Source: a virus (taxonomy: Duplodnaviria; Caudoviricetes). From it: DNA of 64,000 nucleotides. Of this stretch, positions 13,734 to 25,935 are shown piece after piece; position 1 is the first letter of the stretch, and every line of letters begins with the position of its first letter. The notes under the pieces are model-generated. The model was given only the letters and a program-made list of their open reading frames with translations. It was not told the origin of the DNA and ran no database searches. The stretch is taken from the IMG/VR virus record IMGVR_UViG_3300025678_000005; one strand, given 5' to 3'. A program made the translations under genes and the position numbers.

Positions 13734-14796
13734 AAATTGTAATATTTAATTGTCCCAACCCTTTATATTTTGTTCTATATAATGTATATCTAACACTATT
13801 TAAAAGAAAAGTACCAATAGTCAGAAATCCACCAATAATATTATCAACAGCTATTCTATTTTTTGTATTATAAGGTAAGAAAATATATATATAATTATCT
13901 ATACCAGCGGTAATAGAAAAGTCTTTGTCTTTTGTTTTATACATGGATACTGTATTACTTGAAACACCATAATAAATTGGATAGTAAATATTAAATATAA
14001 GTGTCTTAGTATAATTTTTATTATCTATGGTATATTTTAATACAAAATTAGTTGAATGTGTAATATTAGGTATTGTTAAAGATCTTTCATTTATATCAAT
14101 AATATTATTATTTATTGATTGAAATGTTACTGGATTATCATAATCTCAACTTAAAGTAATATTTATAGGAATTTCATCTATAAAAGCATATGATTTATCA
14201 GATGTAAAGAATTTTAAATTAAAAGCATTTAACTCATCAATTTTAATATTAACTCACTCTGTATTAGCAATCTGTGATGAATTATCAAATAATTCTGGAG
14301 TTGGTACAGTAGGTATTCCTTTAAATGCTGGAGAAAATATATTTGCCTTTTCATCCAGTGCCATACGAATATCATATCCTCAATTTCCAAGCCTTATATT
14401 TAATTCATCAATTAAATTATTAAATTTTGATATTTCTAAATTAGATATTAATTCATATAAATCTGTTTGGTTTATAATATTACCATGTATATTTCCTCAA
14501 ACTAAAGTATATTCATCTGAAACGCCAAGGTTTCTTCTTGCAATTGCTCTTTCATATTCATTAGAAAGCTCTGAAAAAAGATTTATTATTTTAAAATATT
14601 CTTCTTCTTTTTTATAATAATCTGCTGGATCGCAAGTATCACATTCTTCTTCTAATACAACATCCTCTTTCTCAAAAACAATCACATTTTCAATTGGATA
14701 ATCTAGAAGTTCATCCACAAGATTCCCATTTAAAACCTGTGTATCAGGTTCTATATTGTCAATTGATAGAATATTAAAATCTTCTAGTTCATCCAT
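13723..14796 (-). CDS. Hypothetical structural protein; TGA=Trp
   Basis: ORFs 14497..14796 and 13723..13944 are in one frame, joined by TGA read-through. Confidence 0.7.
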
Positions 14797-14798
14797 AA

Positions 14799-15764
14799 TT
14801 ATATAATTATAATTTGTTGTGCATATGTAATTGGATCTAAAAATGTTAGAATTGTAGCTTCATTTACTTTATGAATTGTTTTTGTTATGGTTGTAGAAAA
14901 TGATGTATTTCCTATTGGAATTTTTTTATTATATATTGAACCAGAAACATAACATACTGGCTCATTAAAAAAATTATTTGCAGAGCCTCATCCAAGTGTT
15001 GTGTCATGACAGCCTCTTATAAAAGTATTATTTATACATGCATTTTCTAATGTATTATTGTATGTATCACCTATAAAAACATTGTTATAACAACCAGAGC
15101 TTAATTTATTATACTTTGTGTTTTGTAACTCAGACGAATCAATAACATTGCCATTAATTACATCTGAAAACGTATATAAATCTATATATGAAGTTTGTAT
15201 TGAAAAATTTGAATTTTCTAATTCACTAGATGTTCTTCTAAATTTAATATTTTTAAAATCATATTTTGCCGAATTACCATTATTATCCTTTAAAAAAGTA
15301 ATTGATCCTTTTGAAGATTTGCTGTCTGGAAAAATTTGTTTTGTTTGATTATATTCAACAATTCATTCTGGATGGGATAGTATAACTGCTTTCTTATTCA
15401 AAAGATTTGGAGAATCTGCCGTAACCAGTAATTGATATACAGAAGATGGATTTGCATCCAACCCTCAAGTAATATTAACTCCTTGGGAATTCTTTACATT
15501 AGAACTATAAATTGTTTGGAAATCAGTAATAATATATTTAGCTCCAGTAATTAAATTATTATGTATAAATAAATCATATAAATTACTATAATTTATTTCT
15601 ATTGGTGCTGGCTCAAGCGTTCCTCCAGCATAATCAATTATACCAATATTTCTCCTAAGCTGTGCCTGCTCAAGATCAGTAAGCCCAGATAACAATTCTG
15701 CCTTTTTAAAATAATTATTTAAATCTGACAGACACGCATATCTTTTAACTACAGGTTTTGCCAT
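14799..15764 (-). CDS. Hypothetical structural protein; TGA=Trp
   Basis: ORF 15465..15764 continues through TGA to an in-frame TAA at 14799. Confidence 0.7.
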
Positions 15765-15765
15765 A

Positions 15766-15951
15766 TTAACTATTTATTACAAATTCATATATAGCATCAA
15801 TATTTGTTAAATATTGATAGGTTTCTACAAACATTATTTTATTTAAAATATGACTATAGTCTACAGTATATCCAATACTTTCTTTATCAAGCCACTTGTT
15901 AAAAGAATCAATGATATTTAATTTTACATTAGTTAGTGCATCCACAATCAT
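15766..15951 (-). CDS. Hypothetical protein
   Basis: 61-aa ORF in the operon. Confidence 0.6.
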   Translation of the reverse strand: MIVDALTNVKLNIIDSFNKWLDKESIGYTVDYSHILNKIMFVETYQYLTNIDAIYEFVINS

Positions 15952-16666
15952 AAGTTATTTTAGTATCACATAAAAGACCACATTTTGATACTCTTTCAAG
16001 CATCTGTTGTGCTTCATAATATCTTGAAAAGGAAACTAGATATTTAATAGAATTAATTGCCATTCAAAACAAATCTCTATTGAATATTTTCTGTTTTATT
16101 GCATTATCATTTTCATTACAACTTTTTTGTAAATTTAAGAATAAATCTTTACATAAAATACCAAAACATTCATTTAAATGATATATGATAAATTTACCCT
16201 TTTCAGCTCTAATAATTGTAGAAGTAGCACTTGTTTCATTTAAAATATCATCTATAGTAACTTCTATTCCCTGTGGGTAATTTTTAAATTTATTACCCAA
16301 AGTATCATACCAATATATTTTAGAATATGCATCAAATGATTCTGATGAATGTCTTTCTAAGTACATTATCCAATTTTCATTTGGAATTATTAAATGTATG
16401 ATTTTGTATAGCCCATCATGCAAATCAGTAAAATAAGTTCTGTCTATTTCTGTTTCATGATTATTTATATTCATTGCTTCATATCTAGCATTGCCAACAG
16501 AATCAAGGCTATATAATACATTAACAGTAACAGTTTGACTATAAGTATAATTTCTTGTGCTTACAATTAATTGATCCTCAGTAAGGTATTCAGAATTATC
16601 ACTTTCTAATCCTTCTACACATATACCATAATTTTTAGTTTCAAATATATTAAATACTGCATCCAT
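15929..16666 (-). CDS. Hypothetical structural protein with C-terminal CGC motif; TGA=Trp
   Basis: ORF 16064..16666 read through TGA ends ...CGLLCDTKITYDCGCTN-TAA. Confidence 0.7.
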
Positions 16667-16668
16667 AA

Positions 16669-16905
16669 TTATTTTTTTGTTATTTTAGCGGATAGTCCTA
16701 CAGCTGCACAAAACGTAATAATATATCCACATATTTTAAATACTATTTCAGAAACTCCATATTCTTGTAAATTAAAGGCTTTGTCAGCCATCAATACTGC
16801 AACGGCAGATGAACCAATTATGGTTGCCAATTTTAACACTTTTTGTCAAAACTCTGGACTCTCTGCTTTTCATCTTTCTTTAAGTTCTTGAATTCAATTA
16901 ATCAT
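16669..16905 (-). CDS. Holin-like two-TM membrane protein (78 aa); TGA at codons 4, 12 and 20
   Basis: MINWIQELKERWKAESPEFWQKVLKLATIIGSSAVAVLMA...ICGYIITFCAAVGLSAKITKK: two hydrophobic segments and a basic C-terminus; absent from ORF track. Confidence 0.65.
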
Positions 16906-19093
16906 TTTTTATTTCGTCATTTCTTTTGTTTGTATCAATAAGCTGAACTCCCTCCAACTCTACTCTCTTTTGTTGTAACTTAACTAATTCTTCCTTATAA
17001 TTACTATCTGTTTTGGCTTTATATCACTGTATTTGTTTTTCAAATTCTAATTTTTCATTTTCAAGTCGTAGTTTCTCTTCATTTAAAGCCTCTATCTGTT
17101 TTTGAAGTTGCTCTGATTGCTTTGTTGAATCTTTTAAGGCACCATCTAGTTGTTGTAGTTGTTCTATAAGTTTTTCAACTTCATTTTTTTCATTCTGTTT
17201 TTTTACTAAAGATGATTTTACGGTTTCCTTCATCTGTGTCAGGCTACTAGATGTTATAATATCTACTAATATATCTGGATCTACCATATTATTTTTAGTT
17301 AGTTCTATTCCAAATTGTTTTATTAATTCTTGGTCTCTTATAATATCTGATGTATCTACAATACTTATGTCAAAATCAGTAAGTGTAAATTGTTCTGGCA
17401 ATGCAGTAAATACCTTATTTAATTTTTCTCCAAGAATGAGTGTTCCAGATAAACCATTCTTATATACTTTTTTTGCTACATTTAAAATATCAATAAGCAT
17501 TTCTGCTGTTAGAGTATTCATTATCTGATAATATTGTTTTGTAATATAGGATGATTGTCTAACACCAACTTGTACATTTGTAACAGCATCTCTTTGCTCA
17601 ATACCACCAAGTCTTTCTCGAAATACACCAGTTATTAGTGAACAAGCGTCTTCATTTCTCTGAATTGCAAGGTCTATGGCTTGTATAGCCTGTATTCTGA
17701 CTGTATCATCAAATCCACCAAATATTGTATTTGGCATGGAAGGCATACCTTCCTGTGTAGAATCGATCAATGCCATACCTGTTTTTTTATATGCTTTTCA
17801 TTTTAAAAGCCTTTCTTCTGGTGTATTTCCAAGAAAAGCGGGCAAATAACCAACATCAATTCAATCTCCAACAGTTCCAGATTCTGCTATAATATTGTCT
17901 TTGTAAAAATATAATATATCATTTCTGTCTTGTAAATCGGCAGTTTTAAGCATAATTGAAAACGGATCTCCATTCCTGTCAGAATAGAAAACACCATTAA
18001 TAGATAAACTTGTAGACTTTGGATCATCAATACTTCTTATTGCATCTTCATCTTTTCCATGTAAAATATAAATAGAACCTCCAATTCTAACTCCACTATA
18101 TCGATTTACAATATAACTTCCATCCTCTTTCTCCGTTTTTAACCATTCTACTTCATAACATGGAAAAGTTCTCATTTGCTTTGCAGTAGATGTTTGATAT
18201 GGAAGTAGTGGAGATACTTCAAATCCACCAAGAATTCCATCACTTTGTGTAGTATTATTTACAGAATTATCAAGTGTTCTGACATAAGTAAAGCTTCCAT
18301 TAGCCTCTAATCCTGATTTTGTTTCCAAACTCTCAAGATCATCTTTTGTTAAAAGATCTCCATATTTGGCAAGAATTTGGTCTTTTGTTAAATATTCTCT
18401 GATTACAGCTCTTGAAGAATTTTTTAAATAGATAGATTCTACATTTCTATCTACAAAAGTATTAAGAGGATTTAATACTTTTAAAACAATATTAGTTTTA
18501 GATGGAGATGGTTGAACACGGTAGTATGCCATTCCAGAAACTAATAGGTCTATTAATAATGTTTTTCTTTGGTTTAAAAAATCAATTTTTCTATTTTGTA
18601 ATACTCAATTAACAATATTTTGTCCAGCAATTTCATAATCAGAAATAAAATTATTTTCTATACTTTCTTTTAATTTTTCCAGTCTATTTTCTACTTCCTT
18701 GTCATAACCATCCGAACTTATATTATTATAAATTCTGTCTTTTAAATATTTACGTAATTCACTTGCTATTGCATTATTTATAGCTATTTGTTTTTCTTTA
18801 AATATGTTTGATAGTGTAGCTTCATCTTTACATGTAACTCTAGGCAACAATTCTGTTGATATATATTCTCCAACTAAAACATCTACATGTTTTCTAACCA
18901 TTGGTATAAATTCAACAGATGTTGGCGTTCCTATTCCATAATTAAATTCTAGATGTCTATACTGCTCTGGGTCTCTTTTACCATGGTAATAGTTGTAAGC
19001 TTTTAAAACCTGTACTTTATCATATACAAGTTCAGATATTGCCTTATTTATAATATCTATATACTCTTGTTCCTTTTTTGTTCTATTTTCCAT
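16898..19093 (-). CDS. Portal protein; TGA=Trp
   Basis: ORFs 18605, 17861 and 17024 are in frame (~731 aa). Lies next to terminase; crAss-like portal motifs (KAYNYYHGKRD, ITGVFRERLGGIEQRDAVTNV) and a C-terminal coiled coil. Confidence 0.8.
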
Positions 19094-19096
19094 AGT

Positions 19097-19372
19097 TTAT
19101 TTCTTATTAGGTGTACGAATTGTTCTATAATATTCAAAACGAATATAATTACGTGTTGCCAATTCATTATATATATATTTTAAAAAATCTTCATCATTAG
19201 ATGCTTCACAAATTAAAACAGTCGGATACATATAACTTGGTATTCCCAATTTTAATGTATATATAGAATCTTCTTTAATTACTTCTAGAAGTCCATTAAA
19301 AATTGCTCCATATTGAGTCTTTATAAAGTCACGAATCCTGTTCTCCAGGTCTTTCCTGTAAATTTCGTTCAT
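19097..19372 (-). CDS. Hypothetical protein
   Basis: 91-aa ORF between terminase and portal. Confidence 0.7.
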   Translation of the reverse strand: MNEIYRKDLENRIRDFIKTQYGAIFNGLLEVIKEDSIYTLKLGIPSYMYPTVLICEASNDEDFLKYIYNELATRNYIRFEYYRTIRTPNKK

Positions 19373-21386
19373 AATCGTTTGTTGGAATTATTCCATAATG
19401 TTTGTATCCTCTGAAATCTGTTCATCATCCCACATGATGAAATTCTTTATTTTTCTTTATTCTCTCTTTTGGTTTTAATACAGCCAATTCCTCATCTCCA
19501 AGTTCAGCCATTCCCATTGCTGCCACAATATCAAATTCTTTCTTTTTTGCATCAGAATATCTTAATAATTGATCAACCATGTCCCTAAAATGCATCGTAT
19601 GTGAGTAATCAAGAATAAAATCATATAACAATTCTCTATAATGTGTAATTGTTTTAACTGTTGCTGGAGCGCCATACATATTTGAATTTCCCTTTACTAC
19701 ATCCGTCATTGTAGACCTTGGTCTTTTCATTAATAAATGTATCAGTTTATTATCTCTAAAATAGGTTAATATGGCTGTTCTCGTAGATTCAAGTACTGCT
19801 TTGCAACCATAATATACTAATAATTTAGCAGCAGTATCATAAGCTTCTTTTAAATATTTTGGCCTATCATTATACATTGCTACATACATTGGATCTTTTA
19901 ATCCAAATATTCTTTTTTTGATTACAATACAAAATTTAGATCCACCAGAACCAGAAGCAGAATCTTCAAGTCCTATATCAATAGAGTCTATTCCACCAAC
20001 ATATAAATTATCATAATATTCTCCATCTTCTGTTTTAATTGGATGTTCTATGATAGAAATTTTTCCAAATTTAGCATCTTCAACTCACTCAACTCCAATT
20101 ATTTCGTCTTTTTCATTTCTTTTCCAAACCAAATAACCTACTGAAGGTTTTTTTGTATTTTTATGTACTTCAATATTTGTCATTTGGTTTGCCAGTTGTT
20201 CTTGGGGGAAAAAATTATCTCCTTCCAAACTAAAAGCCTCATCTAATGTAAAACAGTATTCTGCTTTATAAATCATTAAGTCCTTTGGCTTATGTTCAAG
20301 AACTTTTCTTTCTTTTTCATAATGAGCCTTTGCCAAATCTGGATCACACCACCCTCTATTATCAAGCAATTCAAAAACAATTTTAGTTGCTGGAATAAAG
20401 AATGCAGAAAATGTATAAGATCCATCTTTAGTATAATTATGTCTATATTTTAAAATATTATATGCTTCTGGGTCTGTTACAATATCTTTTAACCCAGCTA
20501 ATTGTGGCCCAGTATCTCCACCAGTTCCTCACACAATTCTAGTTCCTACTCTACTTCCTCCTAATACTTTAATTAATGCTTCTCCCTGAATATATTTACT
20601 TTTTAAATTTGGATCAGATCCAGCCTCTTCAAATAATAGCCTTTCTGTTCTATCACCCCTTATTTTTTCTGCAGAGTCTGCAATTACCCCCTCTATTTCT
20701 GACATATGTCCTTTTTCAGAACCATCCTTTGTTTTTTTGGATGCTCTTTTATACGTATTAGTGTCAATTGCCATTCTTAAATGCTTAAATCCTTTTTCAG
20801 TTTCTTCATTTAATCAGTTAAGCTGTGCCCATATTTTAGATAAAATTGGAGACAAATGTCTTTCTGATGGAGCGGTAACAAGAGTTCTATAATTAGGAGT
20901 AGTTGTATATGGTCTTACAGCCAACTCTGCACCTATTTCAGATAAACCAACACCTCTTGATTTTATAAGCCCAATATCATATCCCAACAATTCACACATT
21001 TCAACATAATGAAAATATTCATATTGAAATACTAAGAACATTGGAAATTCTATTTTTCTACCCCTGCTCTTTTCATTTCTAGACCCTTTTAGTCTATGAA
21101 AATTTAATCAAAAATAATTATCACCAGAAATCCTATATCCATTTGATTCATAACCTTCAACGCATCTCCTAATTCTTTCAGATCAAAAATCTCTATAAGA
21201 TTGTGTACCAAACACTGTATCACTATATTTACCAGTATTCATTTTATGTATAGCGTCCTCTCTAAATCAATCAGGATTAAAGTCCAATCCACTTGTTTTA
21301 TTAATTGGTATATATTTTGTTAACTCATAAGATAAATTAGTATCAAAATATTCTATAGGATCAGTTATTTTTACATCTCATTCCAT
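19296..21386 (-). CDS. terL: Terminase large subunit; TGA=Trp
   Basis: Starts ME(TGA)DVKITDPIEYFD. Walker A-like KSRGVGLS, Walker B LLFEEAG, coupling motif (TGA)GTGG, RNase H-like YVGGIDSID and FDIVAAMG. Four fragments share one frame. Confidence 0.88.
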
Positions 21387-21392
21387 ACATTG

Positions 21393-21950
21393 CTAATCAA
21401 AAAATCCTTCTTCTACATCACCTCTAAGTGTAGATTCTTCTTCTAAATCTTGTTTAACCTGCTTTTCAAGAGATTGTAAACTAATTATAAGGTCTTTACA
21501 TCCTTTAATCTCGGCAATTAAATCTTTTGTTTTAACAATTGGTTTGTTTGTAGCTGGGTCTCTCTCACTAACGTCTACATTTTGTAAATAATGTATAACA
21601 GTTTCTACAGATGCCATCGCTGCTCTTAAAAGTCTAATTGACAATCCAGAATTCTGAATTTCATCATATTTTCTGCAGGCAGCCCTAAAATCTGGATCAC
21701 CAAATTCTTCCTCCGTTAATCCAGAACTATCTAAGGCACTTAAATGTCTGTCTTGTTCCATGAAATTAAAAAATGGACTTTCCCAATCAAAAAATAAATA
21801 AATGTATGTGAATTCTTTAAAAGCAAGTCTGTCGTTTTTATATTTTGATCTGCTTTTATTTATTAACGTAGCAAACTCTTTTACTAACAATATTTCATCT
21901 TTATTTAAAGATAACTTAGCATTAATTTTATCATATGTAAAAAACTTCAT
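21393..21950 (-). CDS. Hypothetical protein upstream of terL (small terminase candidate)
   Basis: 185-aa helical ORF; the function guess rests on position only. Confidence 0.6.
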   Translation of the reverse strand: MKFFTYDKINAKLSLNKDEILLVKEFATLINKSRSKYKNDRLAFKEFTYIYLFFDWESPFFNFMEQDRHLSALDSSGLTEEEFGDPDFRAACRKYDEIQNSGLSIRLLRAAMASVETVIHYLQNVDVSERDPATNKPIVKTKDLIAEIKGCKDLIISLQSLEKQVKQDLEEESTLRGDVEEGFFD

Positions 21951-21995
21951 AATTAGTATGTGCTTTTATTTTATATAAACTATCAATTATTAAAA

Positions 21996-22517
21996 TTATA
22001 GTTTTTTCTTTAAATGTTTATTTATAATATCAGTAATAGGATTTTCTATTTTATTGGGGTTGTTTTTTGAATCAATGTTTTCTTTTTTATTTTGAATATT
22101 TCCGCCATTCTTATCCTTCTCTGCTTTTGAATTTTTGCACCCACAAGCACAAACCTCTACCATTTTACCACCAGCCCTTTTCAATACAATATCACACCCA
22201 CATTTACACTTCTTTCCAGTTGATTTTGTTTGATACTTTTGAAGCTTTTTTAATTTCATTCCCTTTTTAGCAAGGGCCGTTTGATCTTCTTGATTTTTTT
22301 GTGATTCTATTAAACTTGTAATAGCTGTTTCTGGATCCTCTGCATAGTTTTTTCAAAATTCTTCACTAAGAGATGGAATTAGTTGTGAGAACATATTTAC
22401 ATATTCTTCTTTTAAATTCCCATTTTCATCGGCAGCTTCTTCTTCGGATACTCCCATTAATGTTAAATAATTTCTTGCAAAATCAGAAATAAGATTTTGA
22501 AATTCGTTTTCGTCCAT
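21996..22517 (-). CDS. Hypothetical protein with Cys-rich (CKCGC/CACGC) C-terminal part; TGA=Trp
   Basis: ATG 22517 is in frame with ORF 21996..22259 via one TGA. Confidence 0.65.
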
Positions 22518-22536
22518 ATTATTATTTTAATATATT

Positions 22537-22764
22537 TTATAATTTAATTAAATCTTTTGTGTTAAATATAGCTTCCTGTAGTTCTCCACTAACAGTAAAT
22601 CATCTGCATAAAATTCCCTGGAAATACTCATTCATTGTATGATCTCTAGTTATAACAGTTTTGCTTATTTTTTTAACTACAAGCATAATTGGTTTATTTG
22701 GTATTTCCTGTCTTATTGTTACCAAGTCTCCTGGTAAGAAAAATTGTTTAGTCTCGTCCGCCAT
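22537..22764 (-). CDS. Small YodC/DUF2158-like protein; TGA=Trp
   Basis: MADETKQFFLPGDLV...PIMLV...GIYCR(TGA)FT...EAIFNTKDL. Confidence 0.6.
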
Positions 22765-23260
22765 AAAATCTATCTTTTAATCCTTCATTTAAAACACATA
22801 ATAGTTGTGATTCAGAAGTAATTACATATCCAAGTGACATAAAAGGCAATGGATAGACTGTACGTGTATCATAATATACATCATCTCCAGGTTTAACATA
22901 TTTACATTCTGGGCCAACCTCTATTACTTTTGCACATCCAACTAATACTTTTAACTTATCTTTTTCTCCAGAATCTGGATTTAAAAAGTCTCCATGATAA
23001 TCTACAATAATATTCCCATCTACTATTTTTCTATATGGATTTTCTGGATAGGCCATTAAAATAACCCTATTTTGCATTGGAATCATCTCTAATTTATCGG
23101 CCTTCTCATCAATTTCTTTTTGTTTCTGTTTTTCAGCTTCAAGAAGAATATTATTAAGTTCTTCCATTTCACGTTTTTCTTGAATACTTAATCCATTAAT
23201 ATCTACAAGATTTTTACTATTAAAAAAAATCTTGTTGTTCATGTTTTCATACTTACTCAT
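22748..23260 (-). CDS. GroES-like co-chaperonin
   Basis: PMQNRVIL...AKVIEVGPECKYVKPGDDVYY...ITSESQLLCVL. Confidence 0.7.
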   Translation of the reverse strand: MSKYENMNNKIFFNSKNLVDINGLSIQEKREMEELNNILLEAEKQKQKEIDEKADKLEMIPMQNRVILMAYPENPYRKIVDGNIIVDYHGDFLNPDSGEKDKLKVLVGCAKVIEVGPECKYVKPGDDVYYDTRTVYPLPFMSLGYVITSESQLLCVLNEGLKDRFYGGRD

Positions 23261-23266
23261 AATTTT

Positions 23267-23542
23267 TTATCATTTATTCATTGGACATTTAGCATCTGGC
23301 ACTCTACATTTTGAAGCAAGTATACAACCACAACCATGTATATATCCAGGTTCTTTAGAAGAAGAAATCTCTTCTGTTTCTGGATTTATATATAGTCTTG
23401 GATTACAAACCTCTCCAAAAATATTATCTATTTTGTGTAATTTACAACATCTACATATTTTAATTCTATTATTAAATAATTCTTCTTCTTTATTGAAAAC
23501 ATTATTTAAAGTTCCTTCTATTATTTGCTCAATATTAAACAT
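23267..23542 (-). CDS. Cys-rich Zn-binding hypothetical protein ending CPMNKW
   Basis: CRCC...GCGC...KCPMNK then TGA TAA. Confidence 0.65.
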
Positions 23543-23961
23543 ACTATTAAAGTTATTGCTGCGCTTCCTCCTGCTATAAATGGAATTGATCTTTTTTGTC
23601 TATTATATGATTTAATAACATTGGAATTAATTTCAAGCAATTTATTATATTCAATTTTTTGCTCATCTATTCACTTGTTATTCAACAATATAATTGAATC
23701 TTTCAAAACAATTTCGCTGTTTTTTACAGATAACAATGAATCTTGTATATTAGTATATTCTATACTTCATTCATATAATTCTTTATACTTTTCAAGATCA
23801 GTTACATATAATCTTAAACCAAGTAAATCTTCTTTAAAGAAATTATAAGTTATTACAGTGTCCGAATTATTTTCTCACACTGTTCATTTTGACGATTGAG
23901 TCCAGCCATTCCGCATGATTAACAGCAGAAGCATCATACACAAACTTAATTTTTTTATCAT
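23521..23961 (-). CDS. Secreted/membrane protein, spanin-like partner; TGA=Trp
   Basis: N-terminal signal-like MIKKLSLCMMLLLLIM, coiled coil, C-terminal TM. Overlaps the 3' end of 23867..24208; absent from ORF track. Confidence 0.55.
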
Positions 23962-24208
23962 ATTTTATATAAATAATTTGTTTTTCGTTTTTTAAAGAAT
24001 CTATTTTTTCAGTTAATATAGAATCTTTTACTTTTAATACAGTATTAATACTGTCTAATTTTGATATTTTTAATTCATATTCATTTATTATTTGTTTTCT
24101 ATCTTTTTTATATTTGTTTGAAAAACAAAAAATTATTGATATAAATATAATCAATATCAATATAATTTTAAAATACGATTTTATTTCTTGATGCTTTAAA
24201 TTTATCAT
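23867..24208 (-). CDS. i-spanin-like protein (N-terminal TM plus coiled coil)
   Basis: KIILILIIFISIIFCF followed by heptads. Confidence 0.55.
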   Translation of the reverse strand: MINLKHQEIKSYFKIILILIIFISIIFCFSNKYKKDRKQIINEYELKISKLDSINTVLKVKDSILTEKIDSLKNEKQIIYIKYDKKIKFVYDASAVNHAEWLDSIVKMNSVRK

Positions 24209-25058
24209 GTTCTAATTCTTTTTTATAGTATAATAACATTCTTTCCACATCATTTTTTAAATAATTACATGGATAGTAGTTAATATTATCTGCATGATCA
24301 TAATGCGCTATCGTCAAAGATTTAATAATTGCATCTGGATTATTTTTTTCTATTATCCATGCATATGTTGACAACTGTAAACTATATTGCCAATAATTTG
24401 AATCCATTAAATTATTCAATGGAAACTTCATCATTACATTTTTCTTTTCTTTTCTATCATAAAAAGATTCCATATCTATTTTTGAAGAAGACTTATAATC
24501 TACAACATGTATTTCATTATTATCAACAATAACTAGATCTGCTTGTCCAGCTAATCTAAAACTACTATCTTTTGTAATATGTGATAATAAAATTTCTGGA
24601 TATATGGCTTGTGTTCCTAATTGTATTGTGTTAGTTGTATTAGGTAAAAATTTACCTCCTAATTTTAAATAACTTAATTCCTTAATGTCACCAACCAAAT
24701 TACCAGATTCTAATTCTTTATGTAGTTTTGTTCCTCTAATACAAGATTCCCTTGATTTGTTATTCCACTCTTCTATTACTTGCTGCTTTGTTATTAAAAA
24801 TATGTCTTTATCAATAGACCACTCATCCAAAAGAGATTCTTTAAAAGTTTTTGTATCTAGAAGCCACATCTTGAATTCATGAAATCTTGGACTTATCTTT
24901 TCAAGAGCTTTATAGGATGCCCAAAAATCACTATCGAATGTTGTAAACTTATGTATTAAAGTAGTAACAGAAATACATTCTTGTAATGTATTTTTTGTTA
25001 AATATTTGTGTGAAGCATCTTCATAAATAACATCTCTATTTTCCTTGTCAATATTCAT
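24168..25058 (-). CDS. PD-(D/E)XK exonuclease-like nuclease
   Basis: ISVTTLI, RGTKLH, LAGQADL, VVDYKS, YSLQLSTY. Confidence 0.8.
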   Translation of the reverse strand: MNIDKENRDVIYEDASHKYLTKNTLQECISVTTLIHKFTTFDSDFWASYKALEKISPRFHEFKMWLLDTKTFKESLLDEWSIDKDIFLITKQQVIEEWNNKSRESCIRGTKLHKELESGNLVGDIKELSYLKLGGKFLPNTTNTIQLGTQAIYPEILLSHITKDSSFRLAGQADLVIVDNNEIHVVDYKSSSKIDMESFYDRKEKKNVMMKFPLNNLMDSNYWQYSLQLSTYAWIIEKNNPDAIIKSLTIAHYDHADNINYYPCNYLKNDVERMLLYYKKELEHDKFKASRNKIVF

Positions 25059-25061
25059 ATT

Positions 25062-25745
25062 TTATTTTAATTTTTGCTTTAAGTCTTCTAAATTAATTAA
25101 AGAACTTATAATTTGTGCTGCTTCTGTTACTTTTGGTAATATTTCTTTTTTATTCAAACAGCTACCTTTAGATTCTATTGAAATAAACCCAAGTATTGTA
25201 TCAATACCATATAATGGAAAAAAAAGAACAGATTTTACATCTTTTAATATACTATATAATACTGGATATGAATCTTTTATATCTTGTATGTCTTCTATAC
25301 AAAAATATCCTTGCTCCTCTAATTCATCTATGAAAGATGCTAATAATGACATATTTATTTTATTATATGCATCTGCCGTACTCAATATTCCATCAGATAC
25401 TACTTCATACGTAGCATTAACAAATAAAAAAGGCATTCCACTTAAATTGTGAGAACTATTAGAAAATTCAAATAATAAAATTCTGTCGGCCCCAGTTTCG
25501 TCTAATAAAGTTGCTAATATTTTTTGTATTTCTTTTGATGCTTTTCTTCTTTTTGTTGAGGCTGTTTTTTTATGTTCATCTACTGAATCTAATTTATTTT
25601 GAACTATTTCCCTGGCTATGTCTGGAAAAGTTTTAATAAGAAATTGTATTATAAGTGTAATAAAAATTAATAATAAAAAAAGCATTCCAAATGTAGATCC
25701 ATAGCTACTAGAAATACGTTCAAAAAATTTAAAAAGTCCTTCCAT
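25062..25745 (-). CDS. Membrane-anchored protein with GAF-like domain (possible T4 T-like holin)
   Basis: N-terminal TM, then GADRILLFEFSN...GFISIE. Confidence 0.5.
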   Translation of the reverse strand: MEGLFKFFERISSSYGSTFGMLFLLLIFITLIIQFLIKTFPDIAREIVQNKLDSVDEHKKTASTKRRKASKEIQKILATLLDETGADRILLFEFSNSSHNLSGMPFLFVNATYEVVSDGILSTADAYNKINMSLLASFIDELEEQGYFCIEDIQDIKDSYPVLYSILKDVKSVLFFPLYGIDTILGFISIESKGSCLNKKEILPKVTEAAQIISSLINLEDLKQKLK

Positions 25746-25777
25746 TCAATCAATTTAATTTGGTAAAATTTAATTTA

Positions 25778-25785
25778 CAAAGTTA
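25778..25785 (-). promoter_or_regulatory. Bacteroidota-type -7 promoter box TAACTTTG
   Basis: Matches TAnnTTTG, 33 nt upstream of ATG 25745. Confidence 0.5.
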
Positions 25786-25935
25786 TTAACTTTTAAAATA
25801 AAAAAATTAATATCATATTAAATATTATAATTAATAGTGAAATAAATAAAAGAGCTAATATAATTTAATATTAATTAAAACAAATAATTAATAAAATATT
25901 ATATTACTCTTTTATAATAATAATTCTTTAATATA

